Assembly: GCA_946965045.2 (NCBI GenBank)
Contig: OX337241.1
Span: forward strand, 496,001 to 560,000
Source: Epithemia pelagica
Taxonomy: Eukaryota > Protista > Bacillariophyta
Length of the DNA stretch: 64,000 nt
Direction of reading: 5' to 3'
The notes under the pieces were generated by a model, which was not told the DNA's origin, did not search any database, and was given only the letters and a program-made list of their open reading frames with translations. Positions within the stretch are counted from its first letter, which is position 1; every line of letters begins with the position of its first letter. A program made the position numbers and the translations under genes. Below are positions 44,428-55,918 of the stretch, one piece after another.

Positions 44428-45957
44428 CTATTGCTGGTTTTGTACCACTTTGGTTTCGGGGACTTCTCCGGGTCGCGGTGCCGGAAAGGCATTGCCTTCG
44501 GAATGTTCCATGGCATAAAAGCCCGACGTATTGGGACTACTATTACTGTTGTTGTTGCTGCTGTCGGCTTGAATGCCAGTTTCCAATTCGACACCAAACC
44601 CCAAAAAGGACGTTTGATGGTGCTGCCAATTGTGTCGAGCCAACAAACTACAAGTCACACGGGGTTGTTTCCATCGTTTCAGCAAGAGTGCCACATCCAA
44701 TTGTTGTTGTTGCGGTTGCACCACCGCCTTGAGTGCGACCGATCGATTCACTTGCCAGGCGGCTCCCACCGCCACACGAGTCTCGGAAGAAGAGGAGGAG
44801 GAGGATTCCGTGTCGAGGGAACCACCACCCTTTGGCTCGGTAGTCGAGGTGGTGGTGGTGCTGGTGGAAACGGGCCCTGGCGTCACAATCTTTTCCAACC
44901 GAATCGTCCAACCCACTGTATTTCGAACGTAATTGGCTCGGTCTTCAAAGGGATTGAACTGAAATCGATCAAACGCAAACACTTGCGACAAGGCCAAGGA
45001 GGACGACGTATTGGTCTTTTGCACCGTCACTTGCAAGGGTGGTCCTCCTTTTGTTGTAGTAGTAGTTGTATTCGTATTGCTGGAACTGGACTCGTCTTGT
45101 TCTGGTTGAGGATCGTCCACGAGGCTGTAGGTGAGATAAAACTTGTTGTCCGTCGCTTGCCCCAGGGACGTGGAAATGCTACTTTCCACCGCTCCCGTCA
45201 AGGCACCCATTTGAATGGCCCCAAAGGTGTGGACATGGGGCACGTCGGACAAGACATCTTGAACGGTTTGTTTGTTGCGAAAATCCAAGGGAATCCAAGT
45301 CACGGCTCGAACATCCAAAGGCGGCGGCGGCGGCGACGACGACGACTCGGAAGAGGAGGAATGGCTCGTTTCATTGTACGAGTACAACAAGAGACTGCTG
45401 AGCCATGCTTGTCCCAAGGAGTTGGTGGCAGCCTTGAACACTAGGCCTGGGACGGCACTCCAATGTGTTAGAACAAGACAGGGATCCACATGCGTTCCCC
45501 CACGAACCTGTGCCACCCACGAGTCGGAAATGCGACGTTCCCCGGCAATGCGTCCCATTCCTCCTCCTCCTCCACTCATGCTGCTGGTGCTGCTGCTGTT
45601 GGTAGCAGTGCGTGGTGGTGTGGGGTTGCTGTTGTTGTAGGTTGCCGCAATCGGATCCAGAATCATGCTGGCGGAAACGGTGGATTTGGACGTTGTGGTA
45701 TTGAGCCAAAACCCGGTATGCATGTGATCATTCAAAATACGATAGGAGGGATCCGACACTTGAATATGGTTCCACAAGACCGGAAAGAAGGAAGATTGGA
45801 GGGCATCGTACGAACCCAATGTCAAGGGCAATTTATCGGGTGGACCAACGCCAAATAAAGGAGGCACCAAGACGGGTCGCTCGGAAGACGGGGATCCAGT
45901 CACTTTCGTCGTCGTTGAGTTTGTCGATGACATGGCCTTGACTCTGTTTCCATCCAT
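44428..45957 (-). CDS. Hypothetical protein, predicted beta-barrel (eukaryotic porin/Tom40-like)
   Basis: 509-aa ATG ORF with alternating hydrophobic/polar strands (VAVGAAWQVNRSVALKAVV, LDVALLLKRW, FLGFGVELE) interrupted by low-complexity loops. No TM helices. Confidence 0.55.
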   Translation of the reverse strand: MDGNRVKAMSSTNSTTTKVTGSPSSERPVLVPPLFGVGPPDKLPLTLGSYDALQSSFFPVLWNHIQVSDPSYRILNDHMHTGFWLNTTTSKSTVSASMILDPIAATYNNSNPTPPRTATNSSSTSSMSGGGGGMGRIAGERRISDSWVAQVRGGTHVDPCLVLTHWSAVPGLVFKAATNSLGQAWLSSLLLYSYNETSHSSSSESSSSPPPPPLDVRAVTWIPLDFRNKQTVQDVLSDVPHVHTFGAIQMGALTGAVESSISTSLGQATDNKFYLTYSLVDDPQPEQDESSSSNTNTTTTTTKGGPPLQVTVQKTNTSSSLALSQVFAFDRFQFNPFEDRANYVRNTVGWTIRLEKIVTPGPVSTSTTTTSTTEPKGGGSLDTESSSSSSSETRVAVGAAWQVNRSVALKAVVQPQQQQLDVALLLKRWKQPRVTCSLLARHNWQHHQTSFLGFGVELETGIQADSSNNNSNSSPNTSGFYAMEHSEGNAFPAPRPGEVPETKVVQNQQ

Positions 45958-46268
45958 CCATCAACATGTCGTATCAATGCAGGAAAAGCTGAAAAAGATA
46001 TCGTGCGGTCCTCAGGTGGCACGCAAGTTGAAACTCTCCAGTGATTCCTTATCCATTATTTTAAGTGTAATTATTTCTATAGTTTGATGTAACCGCTCGG
46101 AACTATAAACCTTCATGCCTCTTCTCGTTCCTATTCACTCCTCGATGCCACAGCATCTCTAACGTCCCTGCTCTAGAGGCTAGCTAGAGGTAGTCATCCG
46201 GGTACAATCGACCCAAACCCTTACACAGCAAATCACTCTCTGATGCAGACCGGGCCGACCATGAATCA

Positions 46269-46815
46269 AAAGGCGCACCACATGGCCCTCATGTATCACT
46301 CCTGCGATTGGGCCTATTTTGAGGGTACTCCCGTCTACCCCCGTATAGATCAGTCTATCCTCGTATAGCAAATCTCCAAAGTATCTCTGCATCGTCGGTT
46401 GCACTCTCTAGTTTGATTGTGCTTTTGTTGAAACAAGTAGAGAGTTCATCCAAAAGATGTAGGTAGACCAAGTCTTGGTGACCAGGCGGCGTCAGAGAAT
46501 GAAAGCTTGGAACATATTGCAGCTCGTGTTCAACAAAATGCCGTAGGATCAACGTCTCACTTCAGGATATTGGCTAAAGAGACGTGCCGTGTTGGTGGTA
46601 GCGGTGGACGTTCGGTCTCCTAAGGACCTTTGCTCCGAGCTTTTCAAAGCTCCTGTCCTTTCGCCTTGTCTACACCCTGTCCTTTTCTGCCCGTTCCGCA
46701 TGGTCCCGTTCCGCCATTTGCACCAGACTGGTCGCTTGGGATGCATTGTGACCAGACAGTAGTAGAAAATGCTCCATATCCCGAGGATGGAACCAAGCGC
46801 CGTATCCTTTGGGGA
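46269..46815 (-). pseudogene. Diverged duplicate of the MGAT2 3' end and downstream flank
   Basis: Homologous to ~51590..52125. It encodes PKGYGAWFHPRDMEHFLLLSGHNASQATSLVQMAERDHAERAEK, versus PKGYGGWFHPRDMEHCLLLFGHNASQATSLVQMAEQDHAERAEK in the intact gene. Confidence 0.82.
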
Positions 46816-47133
46816 ACTGCCATGGTCATTGCGAAAAAGAAAATGTGAGGGAAATCACCGTGAAATTTGAAAATCTATGACGAAATCCTTAACCCTATAC
46901 GGCCTCGTAGCATTTTCAAGACGTGCAGTTCGTCTGCGGTGACCAGCCCTTAGCGGTATCAGTTGTCAGTCATCGGGAATCGGGAAGGGTGAAAAGCGGT
47001 CATCCATGTGGAATGTGTACAATACGAGCTATAGTCACAAGTCATACTCTTAAGTCAAAAGAGAAAGAGGGCTTTTGAAGAACTATACACCTAGATCTCC
47101 AATATTTTTTATTTGACCTCTCCATTTCCATTA

Positions 47134-49542
47134 AGGGCTGGGTAAGCCGATCCATGTTCGGCTAGGTAGGCTCAGTACAAAACCTACGTAGAGTACACAA
47201 AATCTCATAGTTGACGTCATACCAGATCCTAATTTCGTCTGTGGGAAGTCGGAAAAAATGCAAGCACACTTCACGATGATGGCGAGCTCCGGTGATGCCA
47301 GATACCTTCACCCATGCATTGCATCAACATCCGACCATTGTAAGTTGCTTAAGATTGTCTTTACTATTGTTGTCTGAAGTTTAGCAATATTTGACCCTTT
47401 GGATCAAAAGGTAAGTTGATTTTTCTATGCCGAGCCCGTGTTGTCACGTTCAAAATTGTTCTCTCAACAGTTTGTCCCTGTTTGATTGTTGAAACAGGCC
47501 AGAATGATTTGATACTTTGTAGAATCATGGTCGACAGCATGAAGAATGGATTGATGCACGCCGTGATCCCTGTCGTTCATGTGGTCGACTTTCATTGTGA
47601 CTCATTCTTCACGTGGTAAGTTTTTCAATGTCAATCTCCCTGCTACAACTATTGTGTCAATTGCTTTTGATTCTTCATTGTTTCTAATCATATTCTCTAA
47701 TTTACTTCTTATTTATATGAACAAATGAAATTTGCCGTCCATTCCTTGCTGGATCTGCTGTGATTGACTCGTATCATGGATTTGTTTCTCGTTCTGCTTC
47801 TTGCATTGTCCGAGTGATGAATCCATAGTCTTGGTCCAAGGCACTCCGGTGAGTCTTACACTGTTTCACAAACTTTTCAATGCCTTCAACTGTCACTCTC
47901 TCACCACCCTCTTCAACTGCTTTGTAGGCCTTCATGTACCTTCGAGTGCGGTTGTAAAAGCGCTGGACCAGAGGTTTGGTAAGTGTCTGCAATGACCTCA
48001 CGACACATCGCTTGAAGTTGCTCTTCTTCTCATCCATTGATATTTTCTGTCTGTAAAATTTCTTTGCATATCCCCATGAGAGCTCCACACCGCACCCAGC
48101 CAATTCACAGTGGTATTTTGGGGAGAATGTCACGACAACTGTTGACGACTGTGTCGACATCAGTTCGGCAAGATGCTCCAATGCGGTAAGTTCGTGTCGG
48201 AAATCGTCGCATCGTGCTAAAATCTCAGGCAGCAACAGTTCTCTCACATCTTGTTCATGTTGTTGCTTTATTTTGCCATCCTCATCTCTCCATCGGTCTG
48301 GAACCTTCATCACATATTTTGTGATGGGGATGTTCGGATCAATATGTCCGCGTTCATACAGCACTTGGAGGACCCCCTTTGGAGCACCTTTGCATCCTTC
48401 AATCTGCTTCTCTTCTCTCTTTACCAACTCAATTCCCATCTGTTGCGCTCGCTCTTTCAGTTCGCTTATGCGCCATCCGCGATTCGACAGATTGGCTCCT
48501 TTGTCAATCAGCTCAGCCATAAGTTCTGGCTTAGTTTTTCCACAAACTGTGAACTCACCAGTTCCTTGTGTTTGTCTTCTTCTTTCTCTTTCAACAGGTG
48601 ACAGGTAAAATGGGCCACTGTCTGTGGGCTTGAAGTGGAATGACTGGGTGTCACCGACACTCAGTCGACCTGGGACATTGTGTTGTCCCATGTCACCTTC
48701 GGTAAGTAAAGTGTCGCGCATTGGTGGTTGTTTTCCACCAAACAACTTATTCATCACCTTCTCATTGAGCCCATCTTTCCTTTTTTTCTTGTGCCCTGAA
48801 CTTTGATCAAAATGGAACTCGTGGTCGTGATCAGGCCATTGTCGTCTGCATTTTGTTGTCCTCGTGAACGACGGCGGGGTTAGTCGGAACGGCAATAGAC
48901 CTGGTTCTGATCAAAGGCCCTTTGCCAGAACCTGATATCTGGTGGGCAATCTGGATGGGGAGGGTTCTTTTTCTTTGTTTTCAGCCCAGCAAAGAAATAG
49001 AATTGGTGACATTCCTTCTTTCCGGCTTCGTCCCGGATGCAGTGCCGATGGCGAAACATGCCGTCAAAGCCAATCTCACTATCAATAGGATCATACTTCT
49101 TTGTAAAGAATGTATTAAGACATCTTTTTGAAGTATCTAGACCATACTTGTGCTTTAGAATACAAAGGATATCATCATCACTCCTCCAGGAATCTTGGAA
49201 TGGCTTCGTCTGCCTGAGGTCATCCAAAGACCTTCCTACGTCAATCATTTTTTAAGGGTGCCTCGACCGAATTGAAAGCAGAGTCCCTCTAGTAGTAAAG
49301 ATTCTTAATCTCAAAGCGGTCGAGTCAAGCTCCATTACTCAGGAAGTTATGGCCATGGGGGTGATGGCTTCCATCATTGTCGAATGATGGCTTCCGGATT
49401 GCACCTTTTCTATCGGTGGCAAGTTTACGACGTGCGACTCGGTGTGACCATCCGCCCCACTTCTTACACAGACGAAAATAGTACTACGTAGGTTAATGTA
49501 CTGAGCCTACTTAGCCGAACATGGATCGGCTTACCCAGCCCT
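47134..49542 (-). mobile_element. IS630/Tc1/mariner-like DNA transposon, 2,409 bp, internally deleted
   Basis: 46-bp TIRs AGGGCTGGGTAAGCCGATCCATGTTCGGCTA(G/A)GTAGGCTCAGTACA (1 mismatch) at 47134..47179 and 49497..49542, with TA on both flanks. Confidence 0.88.
47774..49248 (-). pseudogene. Broken DDE transposase (ORFs 49248..48880 and 48895..47774)
   Basis: Motifs FHFDQSSGH, GGKQPPMRD, PKGVLQVLYERG, DFRHE, FSPKYHCELAGCGVELSWG and KTHRS. The region expected to carry the first catalytic Asp is missing at the ~48890 frame switch. Confidence 0.75.
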
Positions 49543-49760
49543 TACCAATCCGGTCTGTCTCTTGTGCATGTGTATGCATTAGGTTCCTTTTCTCTTTTTC
49601 CCCTTGCCGATAGAGAGCACAACAACAACCCCAGAGAGTCGAACAACGAGACACGACAACGGAACCCCCTCCAACGACGACGACGAAGAACGTCCTGCTC
49701 TCGTCATCCTTCATCATCCCCCATTCCAAATCACGAACCTCCTTCTTTGTTTCCCCAAAG

Positions 49761-51401
49761 ATGACAACCACAACCAGAACCAGACGTTCCCTTTGGTCGT
49801 TGGGAATGGCCCTTGTCCTTTCCTCATGCAGTATCACAGTGTTGCTCTCCAGTCTCATGCAAGAACCACACAAAATGCACAACAGCTTGCCAGGCAGCAA
49901 ACCAAACAAGCGGAGCTCTGGAGCTTCCCACCTCCAACCACAGCAAATGCTCCTCCCAAGAACAACAACAAGAACAACAACAACAACATCGACACGGACG
50001 AATCATCCGGACAATCATCCTCCCCCTTCATCCGACCAGCAGGACACCACACCAACCACGACAACAACATCCACAAAAACACCACACCAGAACCGTACCA
50101 CGACAATGCTCCAGACTTGTACCAAGGACCAATTGCAAATCTTGCAACATCAACTGCCGCCTGAGAAATGTCTTGAAACGGCACGTCGTCCCTGGGTCAA
50201 TAAATGCAGTTTTTCCTATGCGACTCGGTGTCCCGATCACAGTCCGTGGTTGCATCGCCACTATCAACAACCACCACCACCACTCATCGAACCACTGCAA
50301 GAACCACCAGAACCGCATCGTCGTCGTCGTTCGGCCATTTTTGTCGGTTGCAACAAGGGCATGGATGCCTTGAATGCCTTGCGCATGTTGTCCAATGACG
50401 AAACCTACGACAAGACTGTGTGGCGTCAAACCATGTCTCAAGAATTGATGACAACGACCACACATGACTCTTCTCCGAATTCTTCATCATCCTCCTCCGC
50501 CACTGCCACCATGGTTCAACCCGGCCATTGTGGTCAAGAATTTGGAGACCAATTTGTGGTCCGTTCCACCACTCAACCACAACAACAACCAACAAGGACA
50601 AATGACGCTGTGGTCCATTGCATTGAAGCCATGCCCATTACCGCACGACTCCTGAATGCAACAGCCCATGCCATGAACATTCAAAATGCCTTGGTTGTAA
50701 CCAATGTCGCCATGTCCAATGTGGACGGAAGTGTCTATTTCCCCGATCAAACGGAAACGGCCGGTATCGAGCAACAAGGCATGGCCAATTGTCAAAACTA
50801 CAAGAACAATACCAACAAACAGGCCGAACACCAACCACCAGTATCACAAAAGAAAAAGAACAACAACACAGACATCATCATTAACAGCAACTCGGTTTGT
50901 AAGGAAATACCCATGCTAAGTCTCGACACTTTTATTCAGCAACACTATGGAGCGGACAAGGACAGTAGGATTGATTTTGTTAGCATTGACGTGGAAGGAT
51001 TTGATCGAAACGTGATGCTGGGAGCCTCTCAGTCGCTCCAACGAATTGGTTATTTGGAATTTGAGTACAATTGGCGGGGCGATTGGAACAAACCAGAAGC
51101 CACCCTGTCGTCGACGGTATCCTGGTTGTACGAAGACCATGGATTTGTCTGTTATTGGGCCGGTACCCATGGCAATGTGTGGCGAATTACCGATTGCATT
51201 CAATCGCATTACGATGTGCGTCAATGGAGCAATGTGGCGTGTGTCAATACGCGCGATGCGGAATCCAACTCGCTCTGGAATCGCATGGAAGAATTGTTTC
51301 AAGCGACACTGGCGCATGGTACCACCTTGTCGTATGCAACAGACAAGTCCATTGCAACCAATGGACGACAACAACAGTCAAAAAAACACCATCATCTTTG
51401 A
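49761..51401 (+). CDS. FkbM-family (Methyltransf_21) methyltransferase, type II membrane protein
   Basis: N-terminal TM anchor and T/Q-rich stem, then FVGCNKG, HCIEAMP and IDFVSIDVEGFD...LEFEY motifs. Confidence 0.8.
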   Translation: MTTTTRTRRSLWSLGMALVLSSCSITVLLSSLMQEPHKMHNSLPGSKPNKRSSGASHLQPQQMLLPRTTTRTTTTTSTRTNHPDNHPPPSSDQQDTTPTTTTTSTKTPHQNRTTTMLQTCTKDQLQILQHQLPPEKCLETARRPWVNKCSFSYATRCPDHSPWLHRHYQQPPPPLIEPLQEPPEPHRRRRSAIFVGCNKGMDALNALRMLSNDETYDKTVWRQTMSQELMTTTTHDSSPNSSSSSSATATMVQPGHCGQEFGDQFVVRSTTQPQQQPTRTNDAVVHCIEAMPITARLLNATAHAMNIQNALVVTNVAMSNVDGSVYFPDQTETAGIEQQGMANCQNYKNNTNKQAEHQPPVSQKKKNNNTDIIINSNSVCKEIPMLSLDTFIQQHYGADKDSRIDFVSIDVEGFDRNVMLGASQSLQRIGYLEFEYNWRGDWNKPEATLSSTVSWLYEDHGFVCYWAGTHGNVWRITDCIQSHYDVRQWSNVACVNTRDAESNSLWNRMEELFQATLAHGTTLSYATDKSIATNGRQQQSKKHHHL

Positions 51402-51929
51402 AGGAAATCACCGGACTACTGTGGAACGGTAGAGAGAACTTGTTTCAAACCAAATTGGCGCCCCTGTTCCGCTCCAGCGGATCGCTTGGTGCATTCACAC
51501 CAATGGCCGACGGCAGTCCATCCGTAACACTTTCTTTGAAAAATTTGAATCTAGCGGACTGCGTGGCTCTTTCCTTGTTTATAAATATTAAAGGCGCACC
51601 AAATGGCCCTCTTGTATCACTCATGGCATTGGGCCTATTTAAGGGTACCCCCGTATAGATCGGTCTATCCTGGTATAGTAAATCTCCAAAGTATCTCTGC
51701 ATCGTCGGCTGCTCTCTCTCGGTAGTTCGACTGTACTTTTGTTGAATCAAGTAGAGAGTACATTCAAAAGATTAAGGTCGACCAAGTGTTGGTGACCAGG
51801 CGGCGTCAGAGAAAGAAAGCTTGGAACATCTCGCAGCTCGTGTTGACCAAAATGCCGTAGGATCAACGTCTCGCTTCAGGCTATTGGCTAAAGAGACGTG
51901 TCATGTTGGTGGTAGCGGCGGTCGTAATG

Positions 51930-53798
51930 TTACCTAAGGACGTTTGCTCCGAGCTTTTTCAAAGCTGCTGCCCTTCCCTTTTCTGCCTTTTCCTTTTCGG
52001 CCCGTTCCGCATGATCCTGTTCCGCCATTTGCACCAGACTAGTCGCTTGGGATGCATTGTGACCAAACAGTAGTAGACAATGCTCCATATCGCGAGGATG
52101 GAACCAACCGCCGTAACCCTTGGGTAATTTCTTGACCCGAATCGACGATTTTAGCAACTGCATGTTTTGAGGTCCTGGTGTCCAGTGCGACGCCAGAAAC
52201 AAGTCCAAGCCATTTTCATCATGCACCTGTTTACGTTTCTTGTCCAAATGCTCCGAAGCATGCATTCCCTCCACACCAATGTGCTTGACCAACTGATACT
52301 CAAATGGTACCAATGAAAGACTGGGCAAGAGTCCGTCGGCCATGAGATGATACAAGGTCCAATCCCAGTTGTACTCATCGTACATCGTACAATACTCGTT
52401 GGAAAGCTGCTTGTGAATCCTGTCAAACATTTTTCGACGAAAGGTCATGGGGCCGGTCCGAAAGGCACGTGACGTCCATGTAAATCTACCAGTTGCATGG
52501 TCGTACATTCGTGGTTTGCGGAGGGTTGGCTCTACACCGACCACACCAAAATACACATCTTGTGGCTGAGGCTCGTCATGGTTGGATCCAATGGGTTCGG
52601 CAATACGCTGACCCGATTGCTTTTGGTTACGGATCTCGTTCTCATTCTGGATCATTTGTTCCTTGAGCTGGATCGTTTTTGTACCTTGACAAAGAGAACT
52701 GTAAACGGTACGACTCACAACGTAGTCTTCTTCCAAAAAGAAAAAGGTATCGTACGGCTGCAAGGCCTCTAAATCGCGAAAGATTGTGTTCATCATCCAC
52801 GTGAAATGGTGTTTGCAACATGTCGCCCAGGCGCTGCGAGGATTGCCAAAACTGTCTCCAGCATACCCAACGTTGAGACTGGTATCGTTGCCCGGAAAGG
52901 AATGAGGGTGCTCGTAGCAGGAATGCGGATGAACCAGCTGAATAATGTTCAGCTTGTTGTGTTCACGGTCGTTGAGGAGAGACTGCACATAGTCCATCAT
53001 TTCGGGAACACGTCCATCGTGGGAAATAACAATAGGGACCGTTTCGTGAGGAAAATCCGAAGCCAGTAATGAGGCAATCATTTGTTTCAAGTACTCGACA
53101 CGTCGAAACGCCATGATCACAAAAGGAATGTGCTCGTGTTCCGAGCACATGGCTGCTTCCACGGAAGGAGACATGAGGTCTGGCGACTGATGGCCGATTG
53201 CCGTCGTGACCCTGTAATCTTGGAGCGACTCCTCGTGTTTCTGCAGTTGACTTTGAATCAATTGATCTTTGCTCATATGTTGTGGAGCATGCGCATTTAC
53301 TGAAACGAACTTGACTTGCTCTTCTGTCGTTGCCGGCAAGGGTCTCGCTTGTTTCGGAGCACTTGCATTGCCTGAATTGGCCTTCCGTTTCTCTCCTGTT
53401 TTCTCCTGTAATGGAATTTGATGTCGTAAAAGTTGTGGTTGTTCACGCTGTTGCTTGGATCGTACGACAGCCGCAGCGGCCTGGTCTTGATCCAGGATTG
53501 CTCCATCCAATACTCTCTGAGGGCTGCTGAAGTGAGCATGTGTATTTTGGACTTGAGACCAAAAGACAGTGGCAAACAGCATGCCTTGTATCACGAGCAC
53601 AATGACAATCGCTCCTACCAGCGTATACAGCAACGGACCCGTCTCCATGACGACAATGTTGTTGTGGTTCCTCGTGGACTTCTTTTTTCGGTACATCACA
53701 GCGCCCTCTCGTCGAGCCTTGATCAAGCCAATGGCTGGTGCACCCCTGGGAGTCATGGTTGTCGTATGCGGTCGTTCCGTTTGTCGTGGACGGAACAT
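51930..53798 (-). CDS. MGAT2: Alpha-1,6-mannosyl-glycoprotein beta-1,2-N-acetylglucosaminyltransferase II (GT16)
   Basis: Type II TM anchor; motifs VISHD, CKHHFTW, FFLEEDY, DEYNWDWTL, HIG..GMH and GGWFHPRD..HC parallel MGAT2. Confidence 0.82.
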   Translation of the reverse strand: MFRPRQTERPHTTTMTPRGAPAIGLIKARREGAVMYRKKKSTRNHNNIVVMETGPLLYTLVGAIVIVLVIQGMLFATVFWSQVQNTHAHFSSPQRVLDGAILDQDQAAAAVVRSKQQREQPQLLRHQIPLQEKTGEKRKANSGNASAPKQARPLPATTEEQVKFVSVNAHAPQHMSKDQLIQSQLQKHEESLQDYRVTTAIGHQSPDLMSPSVEAAMCSEHEHIPFVIMAFRRVEYLKQMIASLLASDFPHETVPIVISHDGRVPEMMDYVQSLLNDREHNKLNIIQLVHPHSCYEHPHSFPGNDTSLNVGYAGDSFGNPRSAWATCCKHHFTWMMNTIFRDLEALQPYDTFFFLEEDYVVSRTVYSSLCQGTKTIQLKEQMIQNENEIRNQKQSGQRIAEPIGSNHDEPQPQDVYFGVVGVEPTLRKPRMYDHATGRFTWTSRAFRTGPMTFRRKMFDRIHKQLSNEYCTMYDEYNWDWTLYHLMADGLLPSLSLVPFEYQLVKHIGVEGMHASEHLDKKRKQVHDENGLDLFLASHWTPGPQNMQLLKSSIRVKKLPKGYGGWFHPRDMEHCLLLFGHNASQATSLVQMAEQDHAERAEKEKAEKGRAAALKKLGANVLR

Positions 53799-54716
53799 TC
53801 CTTGTCTCGAATCAAAAAGTACTACCAGGTGGAATAGAACTCTTCTTCTTTCTCAACGTCAGAGAGAGAGAGACAATATAGCGGTGAAGATGGGATAAGA
53901 GGATCAACGGTGGTTGGGTTTGTGTCGTTTAATCTTGTCTTTTCATGTTGAAAGATGAAAGAAAATTTTGTTCCGCAGGCGCTTTCACTTGGCGCGCGCC
54001 ATGGTTCAGATGCCATCCGGAAAATCGGGAACACAGACACAGACCCCCCCGAAAATCACATTTTTGTTTTTGTTTCTGACATGTATCGGCCATCGACGAC
54101 CTTGTACTGTCTTTTCAACAGTATCGAAAGCACATGCGACTGAATCTTAAACGAAACAAAAACCAAAATACAAAATACACAAACGAGGCTCTGGTTCCGT
54201 TCCGCATGACCTGCGTGAATAGAGAATAGACACAGCGACGCAGTGTTTCCCCTATTTTTTTGGCACCAATACCATAGCGGTGGAGGCTTTTGGTCTGAAT
54301 GAAGTCATATGATTGGTCGGTTTTATTCTTGGTGAGACGCTAAAAAACCAAATACCTTCCTCAATTACTTAGCATTAGGACAGGGCTTTTGGTTTTTTAG
54401 TCGTCCAGAGACATCGGCTCCACGATGCAAGAGCCCAGTCGTGATACCTTAGTGCTCATAGCATTCCTAGTTATGGTTATCTGCACACAACATGCCGACA
54501 ATGCCGAATGGAAAAAGAGGACGTGGTCGTCCTGTTGGAACAACAAAAAGTCATGCCGGATGGTGTAACCTTTGTTTTCTACTAGTACAACGGTGTACAT
54601 GATATCTCTATAGGTCGCAATGCCATGAAGAATACACTACAACTACTGTTTGAGAGTAAAACGATAATGCAATAGTTCCGCCAATGTTAGGACATACATG
54701 CAATACGTTGCAAATT

Positions 54717-55918
54717 TCAAGTTCCATCCTTCCCTTCATCACCGCGGTGCGTATTGGGCCTTGCTCGTTTACGAGCTGATGTCGCGGTGGAGAAGGGAGA
54801 GATATCAACGGCTCGGTTGTTACCCGACCCTTCAAGGAAATGATACCGTCCGCTTGATTGCTGCTCACATAGTCGTTGAAAACACCACGTATGCTTGTCC
54901 AGTAGTGGTAATGTCGCACAGGTAGGACTACCCCAGCCACTTATCATGGCAACTTCATTAGCAACAGTCACCATACTGCAACCAGTGCGGTGATTATCCA
55001 ATGGTGGGAGATTCCACACCCACGGTTGCTTTGCGTGTCCAAGACTTCCACGCTTGGACAATGTCCTCCGGCCACCACCAGACAAGATCCCACGGCAACC
55101 ATTACACACGACCTTCGTGCATTGGAAAGCCTCAACTCCGAATGAGTGATCCAAGTGGTCGAGAAGGAAACGAATGTCAAACCAGTTTCCTTTTTTGTCT
55201 CATGATTGTCACACGGTGTTGCATAGTCCAAATACTCCACCGAGTCAAGAAAACCATGCTCGCCATGGCCTCCAACGACAAAGATGCGGTGGCCAATGAC
55301 CGCACTGGCACACCATTGTCGTGGAACAGTCATGCTTGGTCCTACAATGACAGTGTGGTTGCTGGTATCAATAATATCTACCGACGACAAATAGCTATGG
55401 TTGTAATAGCCACCCGTTACAACGATGTACCGGTTTTGAACCACGACAGCACCACATCCTCATCGTTCCTCGGATAGCCGACTTGGCAATGTCGTCCAAT
55501 TACTCGCACATGTGCTGCTTGATGTCGAAGATGATCCAAGCAAATCCTTTACGTCAATTCTTTCGATACAATTCAACGAACCTTGATTGCATCCTCCCAT
55601 CACGTAGACGCCTCCGTTACAAACAACAGCGGCATGTCCATCACGTGCCTTGTTCATGGGTGGCCCTTCTCGCCACTGCTTGTTAGGGTCTGAAAGATTC
55701 AATACAAGAACAGAGTTGACTTCGCCTTGGCCTCGTTGACGTCCTCCCATCACGACAACCGTCTGCCCCTTGTTGTTGTTATCGTTGTGATCAGGATGAT
55801 CAATTACGACCGTAGCATGATGCCAGCGCCATCCACCCTCCAGCGACGGCCAATTATTTTCATTCCATTCTGCTGTCTCGTCTGAAAGGAAAAGGCCCGA
55901 CTGCCATTTCAGAGTCAT
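54717..55918 (-). pseudogene. Kelch-repeat beta-propeller gene with a nonsense codon and a frameshift
   Basis: Kelch blades (VVVMGG, VYVMGG, IVVTGG, IFVVGG, LVVAGG). In-frame TGA at 55462-55460 (EER*GCGAV) and a frameshift near 55020 before VWNLPPL. Confidence 0.8.

Noticed and set aside
47131-49544. PIF/Harbinger assignment (GGGC..GCCC ends with a TAA/TTA TSD)
   Set aside because: The flanks TAA vs TTA would not be identical. AGGGC..GCCCT with TA/TA fits, and the transposase motifs are ITm-like.
55460-55462. Selenocysteine or readthrough at the kelch TGA
   Set aside because: A second, independent frameshift in the same gene indicates decay.
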